The position numbers and the translations under genes were made by a program. A stretch of DNA of 61,815 nt, filler included, from Nitrospinota bacterium (GTDB lineage: Bacteria; JAUXIQ01), in assembly GCA_030620925.1 (NCBI GenBank). It is 10 parts of 10 records of this genome, joined end to end, with 100 filler letters (N's around TTAATTAATTAA, not from the genome) between each part and the next. Parts side by side here need not be neighbours in the genome. Positions count along the whole stretch, not along the records: positions 8,883 to 11,558 come from JAUXIQ010000423.1; positions 11,659 to 21,053 come from JAUXIQ010000049.1; 8 more parts are not named here. One strand, 5' to 3'. The notes below the pieces were generated by a model. It searched no databases, was not told where the DNA came from, and saw only the letters and a list, made by a program, of their open reading frames with translations. Position 1 is the first letter of the stretch. Every line of letters starts with the position of its first letter. Shown here in pieces: positions 9,264 to 18,589 of this stretch.

Positions 9264-9680
9264 CTACCCGTTTATAATCTGGACAACCAAGTTTCTCTCC
9301 CTCTCCCTGTTGTCGAAATCGATGAAGACTATCTGCTGCCAGGTTCCAAGCGTAAGCTTTCCTTCGATGAGGGGAACCGACAAAGACGGCTTCAAGAGGG
9401 CCGCCCTCACGTGGGAGAACCCGTTACCGTCGCCCCATCGCCTGTCATGCTCATAGGGTATGCCCGACGGGACAATCTCCTCTATCGCTCTCTGCAAATC
9501 TTTAAGCACACCGGTTTCGTATTCTATGGTCGTCAGGGCGCCGGTCGAGCCGGGGCAAAAAACCGTCACCAACCCATCTACTATACCCGACCGGCCCGAA
9601 ATCGACACTACCTCATCGGTTATATCTATTATGTCGCCGAAACCTTTCGTTCTTAACCTGATTGTCTCTGAAAATGCCAC
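9264..9680 (-). CDS. yjbQ: YjbQ/UPF0047 family protein (secondary thiamine-phosphate synthase-like)
   Basis: DIIDIT, GSTGALTTIEYE, YEHD, DGNGFSHVRA, LGTWQQIVFIDFD; GTG 9680 chosen by RBS. Confidence 0.9.
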   Translation of the reverse strand: MAFSETIRLRTKGFGDIIDITDEVVSISGRSGIVDGLVTVFCPGSTGALTTIEYETGVLKDLQRAIEEIVPSGIPYEHDRRWGDGNGFSHVRAALLKPSLSVPLIEGKLTLGTWQQIVFIDFDNRERERNLVVQIING

Positions 9681-9922
9681 GACATCCCTCGAATAATATT
9701 CGAACCTCCCGCTCCACTCCATTTCTATTTTGAGGACAGCTCAACCTTAAACTAAAATAGGAGTTCTCCGCGGAAATAGTAGCCCATGAAGTTATAGGAA
9801 GGCAAGAGATTATTGATGCTATAAGAGCCTTCGGAGCCTTTATCACATACTCCGGCGACTGACCCGGGAACAGCAGCGTGCTCACGGATAACATGATAAA
9901 AACAGGGATGCCTTAAACTTAC

Positions 9923-11095
9923 TCATGAGGACAGTTTAGCCAGAGCTGTCTTGATGCGATCGATGGCTTTGCGGATGTTTTCCTCCGAGGAGGCGTAGGA
10001 GAAGCGCAGGTAGCCCTCGCCATGCTCGCCGAAGCCTGTGCCTGAGAGGCATGCCACCCCCGCTTCCTGAAGGATGTAATCCTCCAATTCAGAGCTGCTC
10101 CTGCCGAAAGATTTTACGTTTGGGAAGGCGTAGAAAGCTCCGCCGGGGAGATGACAGCTCACGCCGGGGATGGAGTTAAGCCCGGCCACTATCAAGTCCC
10201 GCCGGCTTTTGAACTGCCGCAGCATATCTTCGCTCTCATCCTGCGGCCCACTGAGCGCTTCCAGTCCGGCCATCTGCGTGAAGGCGGGGGTGCAGGATGT
10301 AGAGTTCACCAGCAACTTCGAGAAATGGTCGGCGAGCTCCTCGTTCATGACCCCGTAACCGAGACGCCAACCCGTCATTGCATAGAGCTTTGAGAACCCG
10401 TCCAGAATGACCGTCTGCTCCTGCATGCCGGGCAGGGTGGCGATGCTCACCGGCTCCCCTTCGTACTGCATCCCCCGGTAAATCTCATCCGACAGGATGG
10501 TTATCCGTTTATCCGCCACCAGCTCCGCGATCCGCTGTATATCTTCCCCCGGCACCAGGCCACCGGTGGGATTGTTGGGAGAGTTGAGGATCACCAGGCA
10601 GGTCTTCTCCGAGACGCTGTCCGCAAAGGCATCCATGTCGAAGCTGAAACCGGTCTCTTCCAGGAGGGGTATAGGTCTGGGAACGGCCCCGGCGAATTTA
10701 ACCAGGGATGAATAGATAGGGAAACCCGGGTCGGGGTAAATGACCTCCCTCCCCGGTTCCACACAGGCAAGGATGGAAAAAAACATGATGGGTTTCGCCC
10801 CAGGGGTTACCACTATATTGGAGGCTTTGACTTCTATGCCCCTGGTCTCGCTCACATGCTCGGCGATGGCCTCCCGCAATTCCGGTATGCCGGGCGGGGG
10901 GCAGTACCCCGTCAAACCGTCGCGTATAGCTTTTATACCAGCCTCTTTGATATGGCTCGGGGTGTCAAAATCGGGCTCTCCGATCTCGAAGTGCAGCACC
11001 TCACGCCCCTGAGCCTCCAGGGCACGGGCCTTAACCAGCATATCGAAGGCTGACTCCACTTCCAGCCTCTCCACCCGCAATGCGAAACCATCCAT
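9923..11095 (-). CDS. PLP-dependent aminotransferase class I/II (aspartate aminotransferase-like)
   Basis: IGEPDFDTP, NSPNNPTG, SDEIY, GFSKLYAMTGWRLGY, LRFSYA. Confidence 0.93.
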   Translation of the reverse strand: MDGFALRVERLEVESAFDMLVKARALEAQGREVLHFEIGEPDFDTPSHIKEAGIKAIRDGLTGYCPPPGIPELREAIAEHVSETRGIEVKASNIVVTPGAKPIMFFSILACVEPGREVIYPDPGFPIYSSLVKFAGAVPRPIPLLEETGFSFDMDAFADSVSEKTCLVILNSPNNPTGGLVPGEDIQRIAELVADKRITILSDEIYRGMQYEGEPVSIATLPGMQEQTVILDGFSKLYAMTGWRLGYGVMNEELADHFSKLLVNSTSCTPAFTQMAGLEALSGPQDESEDMLRQFKSRRDLIVAGLNSIPGVSCHLPGGAFYAFPNVKSFGRSSSELEDYILQEAGVACLSGTGFGEHGEGYLRFSYASSEENIRKAIDRIKTALAKLSS

Positions 11096-11120
11096 ATCTT
11101 CATCTCCGTCTGCAAGATAT

Positions 11121-11179
11121 AAAAAGGGCCGGGAAACTCTCGAAGGTCCTCTTTTTCGACCTCAGAAATCCCGGCCCTT
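11121..11179 (-). terminator. Probable intrinsic terminator downstream of hup
   Basis: 11-bp arms AAGGGCCGGGA (11124-11134) and TCCCGGCCCTT (11169-11179), followed by a T-run on the minus strand; the loop is long. Confidence 0.55.
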
Positions 11180-11237
11180 GTCTATCCCACGACCATTACA
11201 AAGTTAAAAAAACTGTCTTCGCTTCGGCGAGATTCGG

Positions 11238-11528
11238 CTACTTGGAAACTTTAGCTCTGGCTGCAGCGTCTTTCAATTTATTTCCTGCGGTGAACTTGGG
11301 AACTTTCTTGGCCCTAATCTTCATGCTGGCGCCGGTTCTGGGGTTTCTGCCAGTCCTCGCTTTACGGCCCATTACTGAAAATGTGCCGAAACCGACCAGG
11401 GTAACCTTATCACCTCTACGGAGCGCTTTGGTAATACCGTTCAGCCCACCATCCAGTGCCTTGGCCGCCTGGGCTTTGCTTATCTTAGCCACTTTAGCCA
11501 TTTCCGCAACCAGTTCTGATTTATTCAT
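11238..11528 (-). CDS. hup: HU family DNA-binding protein
   Basis: MNKSELV, VTLVGFGTF, RKARTGRNPRTG, PKFTAGNKLKDA. Confidence 0.95.
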   Translation of the reverse strand: MNKSELVAEMAKVAKISKAQAAKALDGGLNGITKALRRGDKVTLVGFGTFSVMGRKARTGRNPRTGASMKIRAKKVPKFTAGNKLKDAAARAKVSK

Positions 11529-11658
11529 CTTCTACTCCCCGCTCATTAAAAGCATGTGNNNNNNNNNNNNNNNNNNNNNNNNNNNNNNNNNNNNNNNNNN
11601 NNTTAATTAATTAANNNNNNNNNNNNNNNNNNNNNNNNNNNNNNNNNNNNNNNNNNNN

Positions 11659-12099
11659 CAGGGTTGGGGGGAAACCGCTCATGCGAATCGCGGGGTAGCC
11701 GAAGCGGGCCTTATCCGAAGCGAGAGTAATATCACAGGCCATGGCCAGATCGCCCCCGCCGGCCAGCGCGTAACCGTTCACGGCGGCTATGACGGGGATG
11801 GTCAGCTCCCATATCTTAAACCAGAATCGGGCGTTACCGAAGATGCCTTTGCGCCAGTCGTCGGAGAACTTGCGTTCGCCGGTGTTGGAGGCGGACTGGT
11901 CGTAACCGGCGCAGAAGGCCCGTCCGGCGCCGGTAATTATCAGGACGCGTGTATTCTGCTCGGCGTCGGCCTTTTCCAGGATGTCCATAAGCTCCTCAAG
12001 AAGTTCTTTGTTGAGGGCGTTCATCTTGTCGGGGCGGTTAAGCGTGATAATTCCTATCTTTCCTTCTTTTTCATAGACAATATTATTATAATCGGACAT
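11659..12099 (-). CDS. Enoyl-CoA hydratase/isomerase (crotonase) family protein, 3'-truncated
   Basis: ITLNRPDKMNALN, GAGRAFCAGYD, PVIAAVNGYALAGG. Confidence 0.9.
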
Positions 12100-12130
12100 C
12101 GACCGTTCCTTAATTAAATATTATTTTTAA

Positions 12131-12200
12131 GGTTGGGGGGAACTCTCCTTAAGCCCCGCGTTCCGCGGATTCCCCCAAGAACTCTTCCCGATACTTTTAA
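12131..12200. repeat. Intergenic dispersed repeat, 'GGGAACC..TTT / AAAAGT' family; related copies at 12234-12286, 51648-51670, 61435-61500 and a cut copy at 8769-8782
   Basis: 12131-12200 and 61435-61500 share GG(G/A)GAAC(T/C)CT..AAGCCCCGC...CTT...ACTTTT; 12234 and 8769 share AAAAGTTTTT(A/G)G. Confidence 0.6.
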
Positions 12201-12422
12201 TTATTCAGTATAGCTTAATTATGCATTAATTTAAAAGTTTTTAGAGGATTTTCAGAGAACATTTTTCTGAAAAAGGTTTCCTCTAATTATTGACGCTCTC
12301 CTTTATCCTTCACAGCGGTACGCCCCGCGGAAGGCGGGGGCAAGGTGGAGGAGACTGAAAATGATGATTCGCGGTTATGCCATGCGTGGTTTATCTTATG
12401 AATGAAGGTTCAATCAAGCGAT

Positions 12423-12450
12423 GCAGGGGCGGGTTTGCAACCCGCCTGAC
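12423..12450. repeat. Degenerate REP-type palindrome, same family as 51694-51722 and 29778-29807
   Basis: GCAGGGGCGGGTTTGCAACCCGCCTGAC versus GTAGGGGCGGGTTTCAAACCCGCCCCTAC. Confidence 0.8.
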
Positions 12451-12479
12451 AATTGGTGTGCCATCGGTTAAATGTTCCA

Positions 12480-14144
12480 TCAAGAGATTAGGGGTGTATC
12501 CTCCTGGAGCAGGTTTTTCGTCGAGTTGTCCAGTGAGATACGTATGTTTCGTTGCCAGTTGGTGTCGTCCTTTTTCGGGAAATCTTCCCTGAAAAATGCG
12601 CCCCTGCTCTCTTTCCTCCGAAGGCCGGTCTCGAGAACACAGCGGAGGGTGAGCAGGGCGGAGCGGGCCTGGTTGTGCCTCAACCCTTCGGCGACGTTGT
12701 GCGGCGTGAGCGCCTCAAGGTCCCCTTCCAGGGCGGAAATCGCCGAGAGGCCCTTATGCATGCCATCTTCGCTACGTACCACACCCGCGTTTTCCCAGGC
12801 TGTCTTTTTTATATCGTCGAAAAGCTCCCTGAATTCGGGCCGGACGTCCCCCCCCTTCTCGGAAGCCCAGGAGGGAACGGATTTCTCCACACCGGAGGCG
12901 GAGATTTCGATGTCGCCCGCGTCTTTGGCGTGTTCCGCCGCCCGCACGCCGGCGATGGAGCCGAAGACGATGCATTCGGTGAGTGCGTTCCCGCCCATTC
13001 GGTTGGCTCCGTGGAACCCGCCCGCCACCTCCCCGGCAGCGAACAGGCCCGGAAGCTCGGTCTCCGCTTGGGAGTTAACCACCAGGCCGCCGATGAAGAA
13101 GTGAGTGATGGGTGCGATCTGGAAGGGCAGGCTGCGAAAATCGAACTTATACCGGGAAAGCAACCGCAGAGAATAGTATTCGCTCCAGGCCGCGTCGGGC
13201 ACTTCTGTGAGGTCCAGAAACAGGCCGCCCTCCATGTGTTTCCGGTAGAAGAGGATCGAAGAGGTGTCCCTGTAGAGCATTATGGCCTGGTTCAGGCTTT
13301 CGCAATTTTCCAGCTCTTCGAAGACGTTCCTCCCTTCGGCATCCAGGACTTTGGCTTCCGGCGGATAAGGGGGATAAAAGATGAACTCGGGCAGTCCCGG
13401 CTGGGCCAGCCCCACGGGGTAGAACTGGACGAACTCCATGTCCTGCAATTGAAGCCCGGCCCTGAGGGCCATGGCGTAGCCGTCGCCGATTATTCCCGCC
13501 GGGTTGTCGTGCCGCTGGTAGATGGCCCCCGCGCCGCCGGTGGCCAGCACCACTGAGGGCGCGTTGATGAACGCCGGTTCGCCTTCGGCGGTGATCCCCA
13601 GGACACCGGCGATCCTTCCCTTTTCTACAACGAAGTCGAGGCAGTGGAAACCGGTCAACGACTTTATGCCTCTTTCTTCTACTATGTTTTGCATGGCCTG
13701 GGCCAGTACCATTCCCGGGATATTCTTCCGGTTTCCCTGGTTGTCCACCGAGCAGCCCGAGGGGATATCGAGCAGCGGCGTGCCCATGCTCTTGAGTTTG
13801 TCCATCTTTTCTCTCGCCCCTCTGGAAACAAGTTCCACCATCTGGCGGTCGTTGATGCCCCGACCCGCTTCCATAGTGGAGCGGTAGTGTTCTTCCGGGG
13901 TGAAAGCCTGCACAGCATCAGTCAATCCGAAAGCGGATTTGATGAAGTGAAAGCTTTCTTCAGTGGTGGGATTCTGTGAGGAGAGGCTGAAAAAGCCTCC
14001 GGCCAGAGAGGTGCAGGTGCCTTTGCCCACCGCGCCTTTCCCCGCTATCAATACCTCCGCTCCCTTTTCATGAGCTTCTACAGCAGCCATTATTCCGGCG
14101 GCGCCGCTGCCCAGGACGACCACGTCTGCTTTGAACCGTTTCAT
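12480..14144 (-). CDS. FAD-binding flavoprotein of the SdhA/FrdA/NadB family, no Fe-S or membrane subunit alongside
   Basis: VVVLGSGAAG, VLATGGAG, DMEFVQFYP, HFFIGG, GFHGANRMGGNAL, RKESRGAFFREDFP. Confidence 0.9.
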   Translation of the reverse strand: MKRFKADVVVLGSGAAGIMAAVEAHEKGAEVLIAGKGAVGKGTCTSLAGGFFSLSSQNPTTEESFHFIKSAFGLTDAVQAFTPEEHYRSTMEAGRGINDRQMVELVSRGAREKMDKLKSMGTPLLDIPSGCSVDNQGNRKNIPGMVLAQAMQNIVEERGIKSLTGFHCLDFVVEKGRIAGVLGITAEGEPAFINAPSVVLATGGAGAIYQRHDNPAGIIGDGYAMALRAGLQLQDMEFVQFYPVGLAQPGLPEFIFYPPYPPEAKVLDAEGRNVFEELENCESLNQAIMLYRDTSSILFYRKHMEGGLFLDLTEVPDAAWSEYYSLRLLSRYKFDFRSLPFQIAPITHFFIGGLVVNSQAETELPGLFAAGEVAGGFHGANRMGGNALTECIVFGSIAGVRAAEHAKDAGDIEISASGVEKSVPSWASEKGGDVRPEFRELFDDIKKTAWENAGVVRSEDGMHKGLSAISALEGDLEALTPHNVAEGLRHNQARSALLTLRCVLETGLRRKESRGAFFREDFPKKDDTNWQRNIRISLDNSTKNLLQEDTPLIS

Positions 14145-14148
14145 TGCT

Positions 14149-15372
14149 TCAAATGACTCCTTCTCTGTGCAACTGTTCTATCTCTTCCTCCGACATGCCC
14201 AGCAGCTCGCCGTAAACGTAATTGTTGTGCTCGCCAAAGAGCGGGGCGTGCCTGCGGACGCCTGCTTCCGTGTGGGAAAATTTCATGGGTGACCCCTCGT
14301 TGAGCCGCTCGCCGAGATAAGGGTGCTCGGAGATCTGGTAGTAGCCGCGGGCCTTGAGGTGCGAGTCCCGTTTGAACAGGTCGTCGGCGCTCTGCACCAC
14401 TCCCGCCGCTATTCCCGCCGCCTGCAAAGTTTCCATCACTTCCTCGGCGGTCCTGTTCACGGTCCATTCCGCTACAAGTTTATCCAGTTCCAGGGCGTGC
14501 TGAACCCGACCCTCTGCGGTGCTGAAACGGTTGTCTTCGGCCCAGGGTGGATCGCCCATAACTTTACATAGGCTCCGCCACTCCTGGTCGGTGAACACGG
14601 CTATGGTGCACCACCGCTCCTTCCCTTCATCGGGCCGGGCGGGGTAAGCGCCGTGGGGGGCGGCATCGGGATGCCGGTTGCCCATCCGCTGATGGACACG
14701 GCCGTTGGCCGAGTAGTCCAGGAAACAGGTGTCCATGAGAGAGCAGAGTCCTTCGAACTGGGCCACGTCCACGTGCTGCCCTTTTCCCGTCTTCTGCCTG
14801 TGATTGAGGGCCATGAGGGTGGCCAGGGCGGCGGTGAGCCCGCCCATGGAGTCGGCGTAAGAGCTGGCGAAACCGGCGGGGGCGTTGTCGGGGAAACCGG
14901 TGAGGTTGGTCAGTCCGGAGATGGCCTGCAGGTTGGGCCCGAAGCTTCTGTAGTCCCGATAGGGGCCGCTGTGGCCGAACCCGGAGGCGCTGACCATTAT
15001 GATGTCCGGCTTGACCTTGACCAGCTCGTCGTAACCCAGGCCCAGCTTTTCCATAACGTTGGCACTGAAATTCTCCACCACCACGTCGCTGATGCCGATT
15101 ATTTTCTTGGCAAGCTCGACGGACGTGGGGTGGGATAAGTTGAGGGTGACGTGGAGCTTATTGCGGTTAAGGTTGTTGAAGTATCCCCCGCGTTCTGAGT
15201 CCGGGCTCTTGTCATCGGAGAGAATGGGCCTCACCGGGTCCGGTCGCTCCCTCGATTCTATTCTGATAATTTCGGCCCCCTGGTCGCCGAAAATTCTGCA
15301 GCAGGCAGGCCCTGCGAAAACCCAGGTAAAGTCTGCTATTCGTAAACCCTCAAAATTGAATTTCGTTTCCAT
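14149..15372 (-). CDS. Family III CoA-transferase (CaiB/BaiF), BbsF-like subunit
   Basis: GLRIADFTWVFAGP, GAEIIRIES, NRNK, SGFGHSGPY, SYAD (catalytic Asp position), GQHVD. Confidence 0.9.
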   Translation of the reverse strand: METKFNFEGLRIADFTWVFAGPACCRIFGDQGAEIIRIESRERPDPVRPILSDDKSPDSERGGYFNNLNRNKLHVTLNLSHPTSVELAKKIIGISDVVVENFSANVMEKLGLGYDELVKVKPDIIMVSASGFGHSGPYRDYRSFGPNLQAISGLTNLTGFPDNAPAGFASSYADSMGGLTAALATLMALNHRQKTGKGQHVDVAQFEGLCSLMDTCFLDYSANGRVHQRMGNRHPDAAPHGAYPARPDEGKERWCTIAVFTDQEWRSLCKVMGDPPWAEDNRFSTAEGRVQHALELDKLVAEWTVNRTAEEVMETLQAAGIAAGVVQSADDLFKRDSHLKARGYYQISEHPYLGERLNEGSPMKFSHTEAGVRRHAPLFGEHNNYVYGELLGMSEEEIEQLHREGVI

Positions 15373-15410
15373 GTTTCCCCCGCTTGTCTACATTTCCGCC
15401 GTAGTATAGA

Positions 15411-16655
15411 TCAGATAACGCCTTTATTATTGAGTTCTCCCAGTCGACCTTCGTCGAGGCCAAGCTCTTCTATGTATATTTCGCTATTGTGTTCACCAGT
15501 CAGGGGCGCTTTGCGCCTTATGCGCCAGGGTGATTCCGGGAGCTTGTAGGGTGCGCCGGGGTAAGTGAGAGTACGGTCCAGCTCCGGATGCTCCACCTCC
15601 ACGAAGAAGCCTCTCTCCCGGAGGTGGGGGTCGTGGAAGGTTTTATCGGGTGCGTTTACCGGGCAGGTAGTGATGCGCCTTCGCTGGCCTTCGGTGAAAA
15701 TGTGGTCCATGGTGTGGCGTTTCACCCATTCCCGCACCATAGGGTTCATTATCCGCCCCCGCTCCTCGAGCCGGTCCGGCTCTGCCCACTCGGGCGCCAG
15801 GTAGGGCTCGACTTCCTTGATTCCATCGTCTATCAGCCACTGTATGGTTTCCTCTTTCAGGGTAAAAACGCAGGCGTGGCCGTCTTTGCACTCGAAGACA
15901 TCCCCTATGCCCAGCGGACCTTTGACGTCCAACTGCCATGTGCCGTGGGCAGTGCCCTGGCGGCGGGAGACGTGATTCTCGTACACATAGTAGATGCTCA
16001 CGTGCTCGGTAACGGAGAGAACCGCCTCCTGCAGCGATACGTCCACGTGCTGGCCCTGGCCGGTGATATTCTTGTTGAAAAGAGCGGAGAGGGTGCCGAT
16101 GGTTCCGTAGATGGAGCCCACGTGGTAGGCCTGGTTTCCGTAACCGCGCACCGGGGGGTCCTCGCGGAAGCCGGTGACATACATATAGCCGCCCATGCCG
16201 TAGGCCACTATGTCCGAACTCTTGTAATGGCTGTGGGGGCCGGTTTGGCCGAAACTGGTTATGGAGGTCATGATCAGGCCCGGGTTGCCCTCGCTCAGGA
16301 GATTGTAGCCGAGCCCCAGCTCGTCCATGGTTCCCGGCTGGGAGGTTTCGACGATTACGTCCGCCTTTTGGGCCAGGCTGAGGAAGATTTCTCTCCCCTC
16401 ATCCGTTGAGTAGTCCAGGGTGATGCCCCGTTTGTTCGTGTTGTAATGGAGGAAAGGTATGCTGCGCTCAGGGGCGGGCCTGTCGTCCACGAAAGGGCCC
16501 ATCCGGCGCATGGGGTCGCCGCCGGGGGGTTCTATCCGTATGACGTCCGCCCCCATGTCAGCCAGCAGTTTGGTGCAGTAGACCCCCTTTTCGTCTGCAA
16601 GGTCCAGCACTTTTATCCCGCCCAGAGCGGTATTTCCTGAATCATCCCCTTTCAT
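15411..16655 (-). CDS. Family III CoA-transferase (CaiB/BaiF), BbsE-like subunit
   Basis: KVLDLADEKGVYCTKLLADMGADVIRIEPPGGD, NTNKRGITLD, FGQTGP, GQHVDVS. Confidence 0.9.
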   Translation of the reverse strand: MKGDDSGNTALGGIKVLDLADEKGVYCTKLLADMGADVIRIEPPGGDPMRRMGPFVDDRPAPERSIPFLHYNTNKRGITLDYSTDEGREIFLSLAQKADVIVETSQPGTMDELGLGYNLLSEGNPGLIMTSITSFGQTGPHSHYKSSDIVAYGMGGYMYVTGFREDPPVRGYGNQAYHVGSIYGTIGTLSALFNKNITGQGQHVDVSLQEAVLSVTEHVSIYYVYENHVSRRQGTAHGTWQLDVKGPLGIGDVFECKDGHACVFTLKEETIQWLIDDGIKEVEPYLAPEWAEPDRLEERGRIMNPMVREWVKRHTMDHIFTEGQRRRITTCPVNAPDKTFHDPHLRERGFFVEVEHPELDRTLTYPGAPYKLPESPWRIRRKAPLTGEHNSEIYIEELGLDEGRLGELNNKGVI

Positions 16656-16697
16656 GGCCCGGCGCCTCCGCTGATTTCCAATCGGGTATTATGTCGG

Positions 16698-17267
16698 CTA
16701 TTTTTCGAGCTTGAAATTCACCCGGCAATCCAAAGCTGTGTTCCTGCCTTCAGCTATCACGTGATCCGCCTGGCGGACTATGACCGCTTCCACTGTCCGG
16801 GGTTCGGTGGACGAGTAGTTGGCGGAATGAGAACCGATGATGTGGGCTACATCCTGCGGCAGCCCGATGGCCAGGGCTGCATGTGCGCCGTAGTTGGCGT
16901 GAGAAAATTTTTCCCCACGGTCTATGTGCGAGCCGGTTTTGGAATCGAATAGCGCCAGCTTGTCTACGTCGTGGAGGATGGCGCCCGCTATTATGTAGTC
17001 CAGGTTGACCTTTATGGGGTACATCTCCTCGAACAGCCTGCCTATGGTCGCGGCGCAGCGGGTGACTTCGTTGGTATGCTCCACGTTGGTCCAGTTGACT
17101 ATATCTCTGGCAGGCTCCCACTGGCTGAGGTCCTCTATCTTCTCAAAGTTGCTGCCGCGCCACATCTGGACCCATAGCTGGCATACCTTTTCCCTCAGGT
17201 CCGCGTCTGATATATCTTTAACTGCGGGGAAAAGGCTCTCTATATATTCTTTCTCTTTCGGCTCCAT
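16698..17267 (-). CDS. HD-domain (HDIG-like) metal-dependent phosphohydrolase
   Basis: VEHT, GAILHDVDK, FSH, HIIGSHS, EAVIVRQAD; ATG 17267 after RBS GAAGGGG. Confidence 0.85.
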   Translation of the reverse strand: MEPKEKEYIESLFPAVKDISDADLREKVCQLWVQMWRGSNFEKIEDLSQWEPARDIVNWTNVEHTNEVTRCAATIGRLFEEMYPIKVNLDYIIAGAILHDVDKLALFDSKTGSHIDRGEKFSHANYGAHAALAIGLPQDVAHIIGSHSANYSSTEPRTVEAVIVRQADHVIAEGRNTALDCRVNFKLEK

Positions 17268-17491
17268 GAGGTATATATCCCCTTCTCTATAGTTTGACAA
17301 TCTAGGAACTATAACATGGCGCCCGTGGACTTTGCAATATCTTATGACCCCGTTCCCTCCGGCCCGGCCGGCCGGAGAAGGCAGACATAAATGTTAGCGG
17401 GTGAGTATAAATTGTGCTAAGATAGAATTGTTTTTCCGGGAAATAAGTATTTCGGTGGGTCTTTTCGACTCAACGTGGAGAGGGTTGCAAT

Positions 17492-17824
17492 ATGCCCATT
17501 TACGAATACGAATGCAAGCCTTGCGGCGCCAGGTTCAGCAAGCTGGTTATGACCATTTCCAACCCTCCGCAGGTGGACTGTCCGAAATGCGGTGGAGGAG
17601 AGGTGGAAAAGCTGATATCGAGGGTGAGGTATCACCGCTCGGAGTCGGACCGTCTTTCGGAGCTGGACACCTCCAAGCCCAGGGACGAAAGCTTCTACAA
17701 GGACAGCCGGAACGTCGGATTGTGGGCCAAAAAGAGGGCCAAAGACCTTGGCGCCGACCTGGGGTCGGAGTTCGACGAGGTCGTGGACAAGGCGCGCTCT
17801 GGAGAGATATTGGAAGACCTGTAA
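17492..17824 (+). CDS. FmdB-family zinc-ribbon protein
   Basis: MPIYEYECKPCG...CPKCGG..VEKLIS. Confidence 0.9.
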   Translation: MPIYEYECKPCGARFSKLVMTISNPPQVDCPKCGGGEVEKLISRVRYHRSESDRLSELDTSKPRDESFYKDSRNVGLWAKKRAKDLGADLGSEFDEVVDKARSGEILEDL

Positions 17825-17906
17825 ACTTGGTCCCCAAGACGGGAAAATCGGCTGCGGTATGCTCTGGATCGGCGGGTAGGATCGTTCAATGACGAATAAA
17901 TAAGTC

Positions 17907-18224
17907 TTACCGTCCCAGGAACCTGGTGAAGCGCTTCAACTGGGAGGTGGTTTGGGCGATCTCTTTTATGCTGTCCAGTTCAGGTATATCATCAAGTCCT
18001 TTTTTTATTTCATCCAGTGGGTTCAGGCTCTGAGCATCTTCATCTTTCCCGGCGGATTTTACGACGTCGACTTCATTTTTCACCTGCTGGACGTTTTCCT
18101 TTATCCCTCTGATGCTCTTACCCAGTTTTTTACCAGCCTCCGATGGGCTTCTGCCGGACAGCATGAAAAAGACCACGACTACGACGCCCACCACCAGCAT
18201 TTCCTGAGGGCCCATTCCGAACAT
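17907..18224 (-). CDS. TatA/TatB-like twin-arginine translocase subunit, divergent
   Basis: MFGMGPQEMLVV transmembrane segment, then amphipathic helix EAGKKLGKSIRGIK; RBS GGAGG. Confidence 0.7.
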   Translation of the reverse strand: MFGMGPQEMLVVGVVVVVFFMLSGRSPSEAGKKLGKSIRGIKENVQQVKNEVDVVKSAGKDEDAQSLNPLDEIKKGLDDIPELDSIKEIAQTTSQLKRFTRFLGR

Positions 18225-18589
18225 ATATGAAACCTCCATGTTCCGATTGCAAATTCCTTAACGTTATACTAATATATCATACGTAAACGGACTTCCTCAA
18301 ACTTTTTTACCTTACGCTGTTCGAGGCGGTATCAGTCTTACATCGAAATCCCGATATGGGTGGATATAAATCTTGCTGATTGGATTGGAAAATGGGTCGG
18401 GCCTGTTTTCCCTACCCGAAGCTCTTTTAAAGCGAGCCTTTTTTACGAATTCTGATGGCTGAAATTTTGTCCCGCCCCTGCGGTTCACTTGAGCCGCGTA
18501 CAGGGTTTTAGGCGGGGGATTCGCTGGATTCTAACGGTTCACGGCGAAAAAGGGCCATTGCCCGGAGCAGATGCACAGGGAGGTGCTTA

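Noticed and set aside
14149..16655. Calling the CoA-transferase pair bbsE/bbsF and inferring toluene degradation
   Set aside because: No other bbs or bss genes are adjacent; family resemblance does not fix the substrate.
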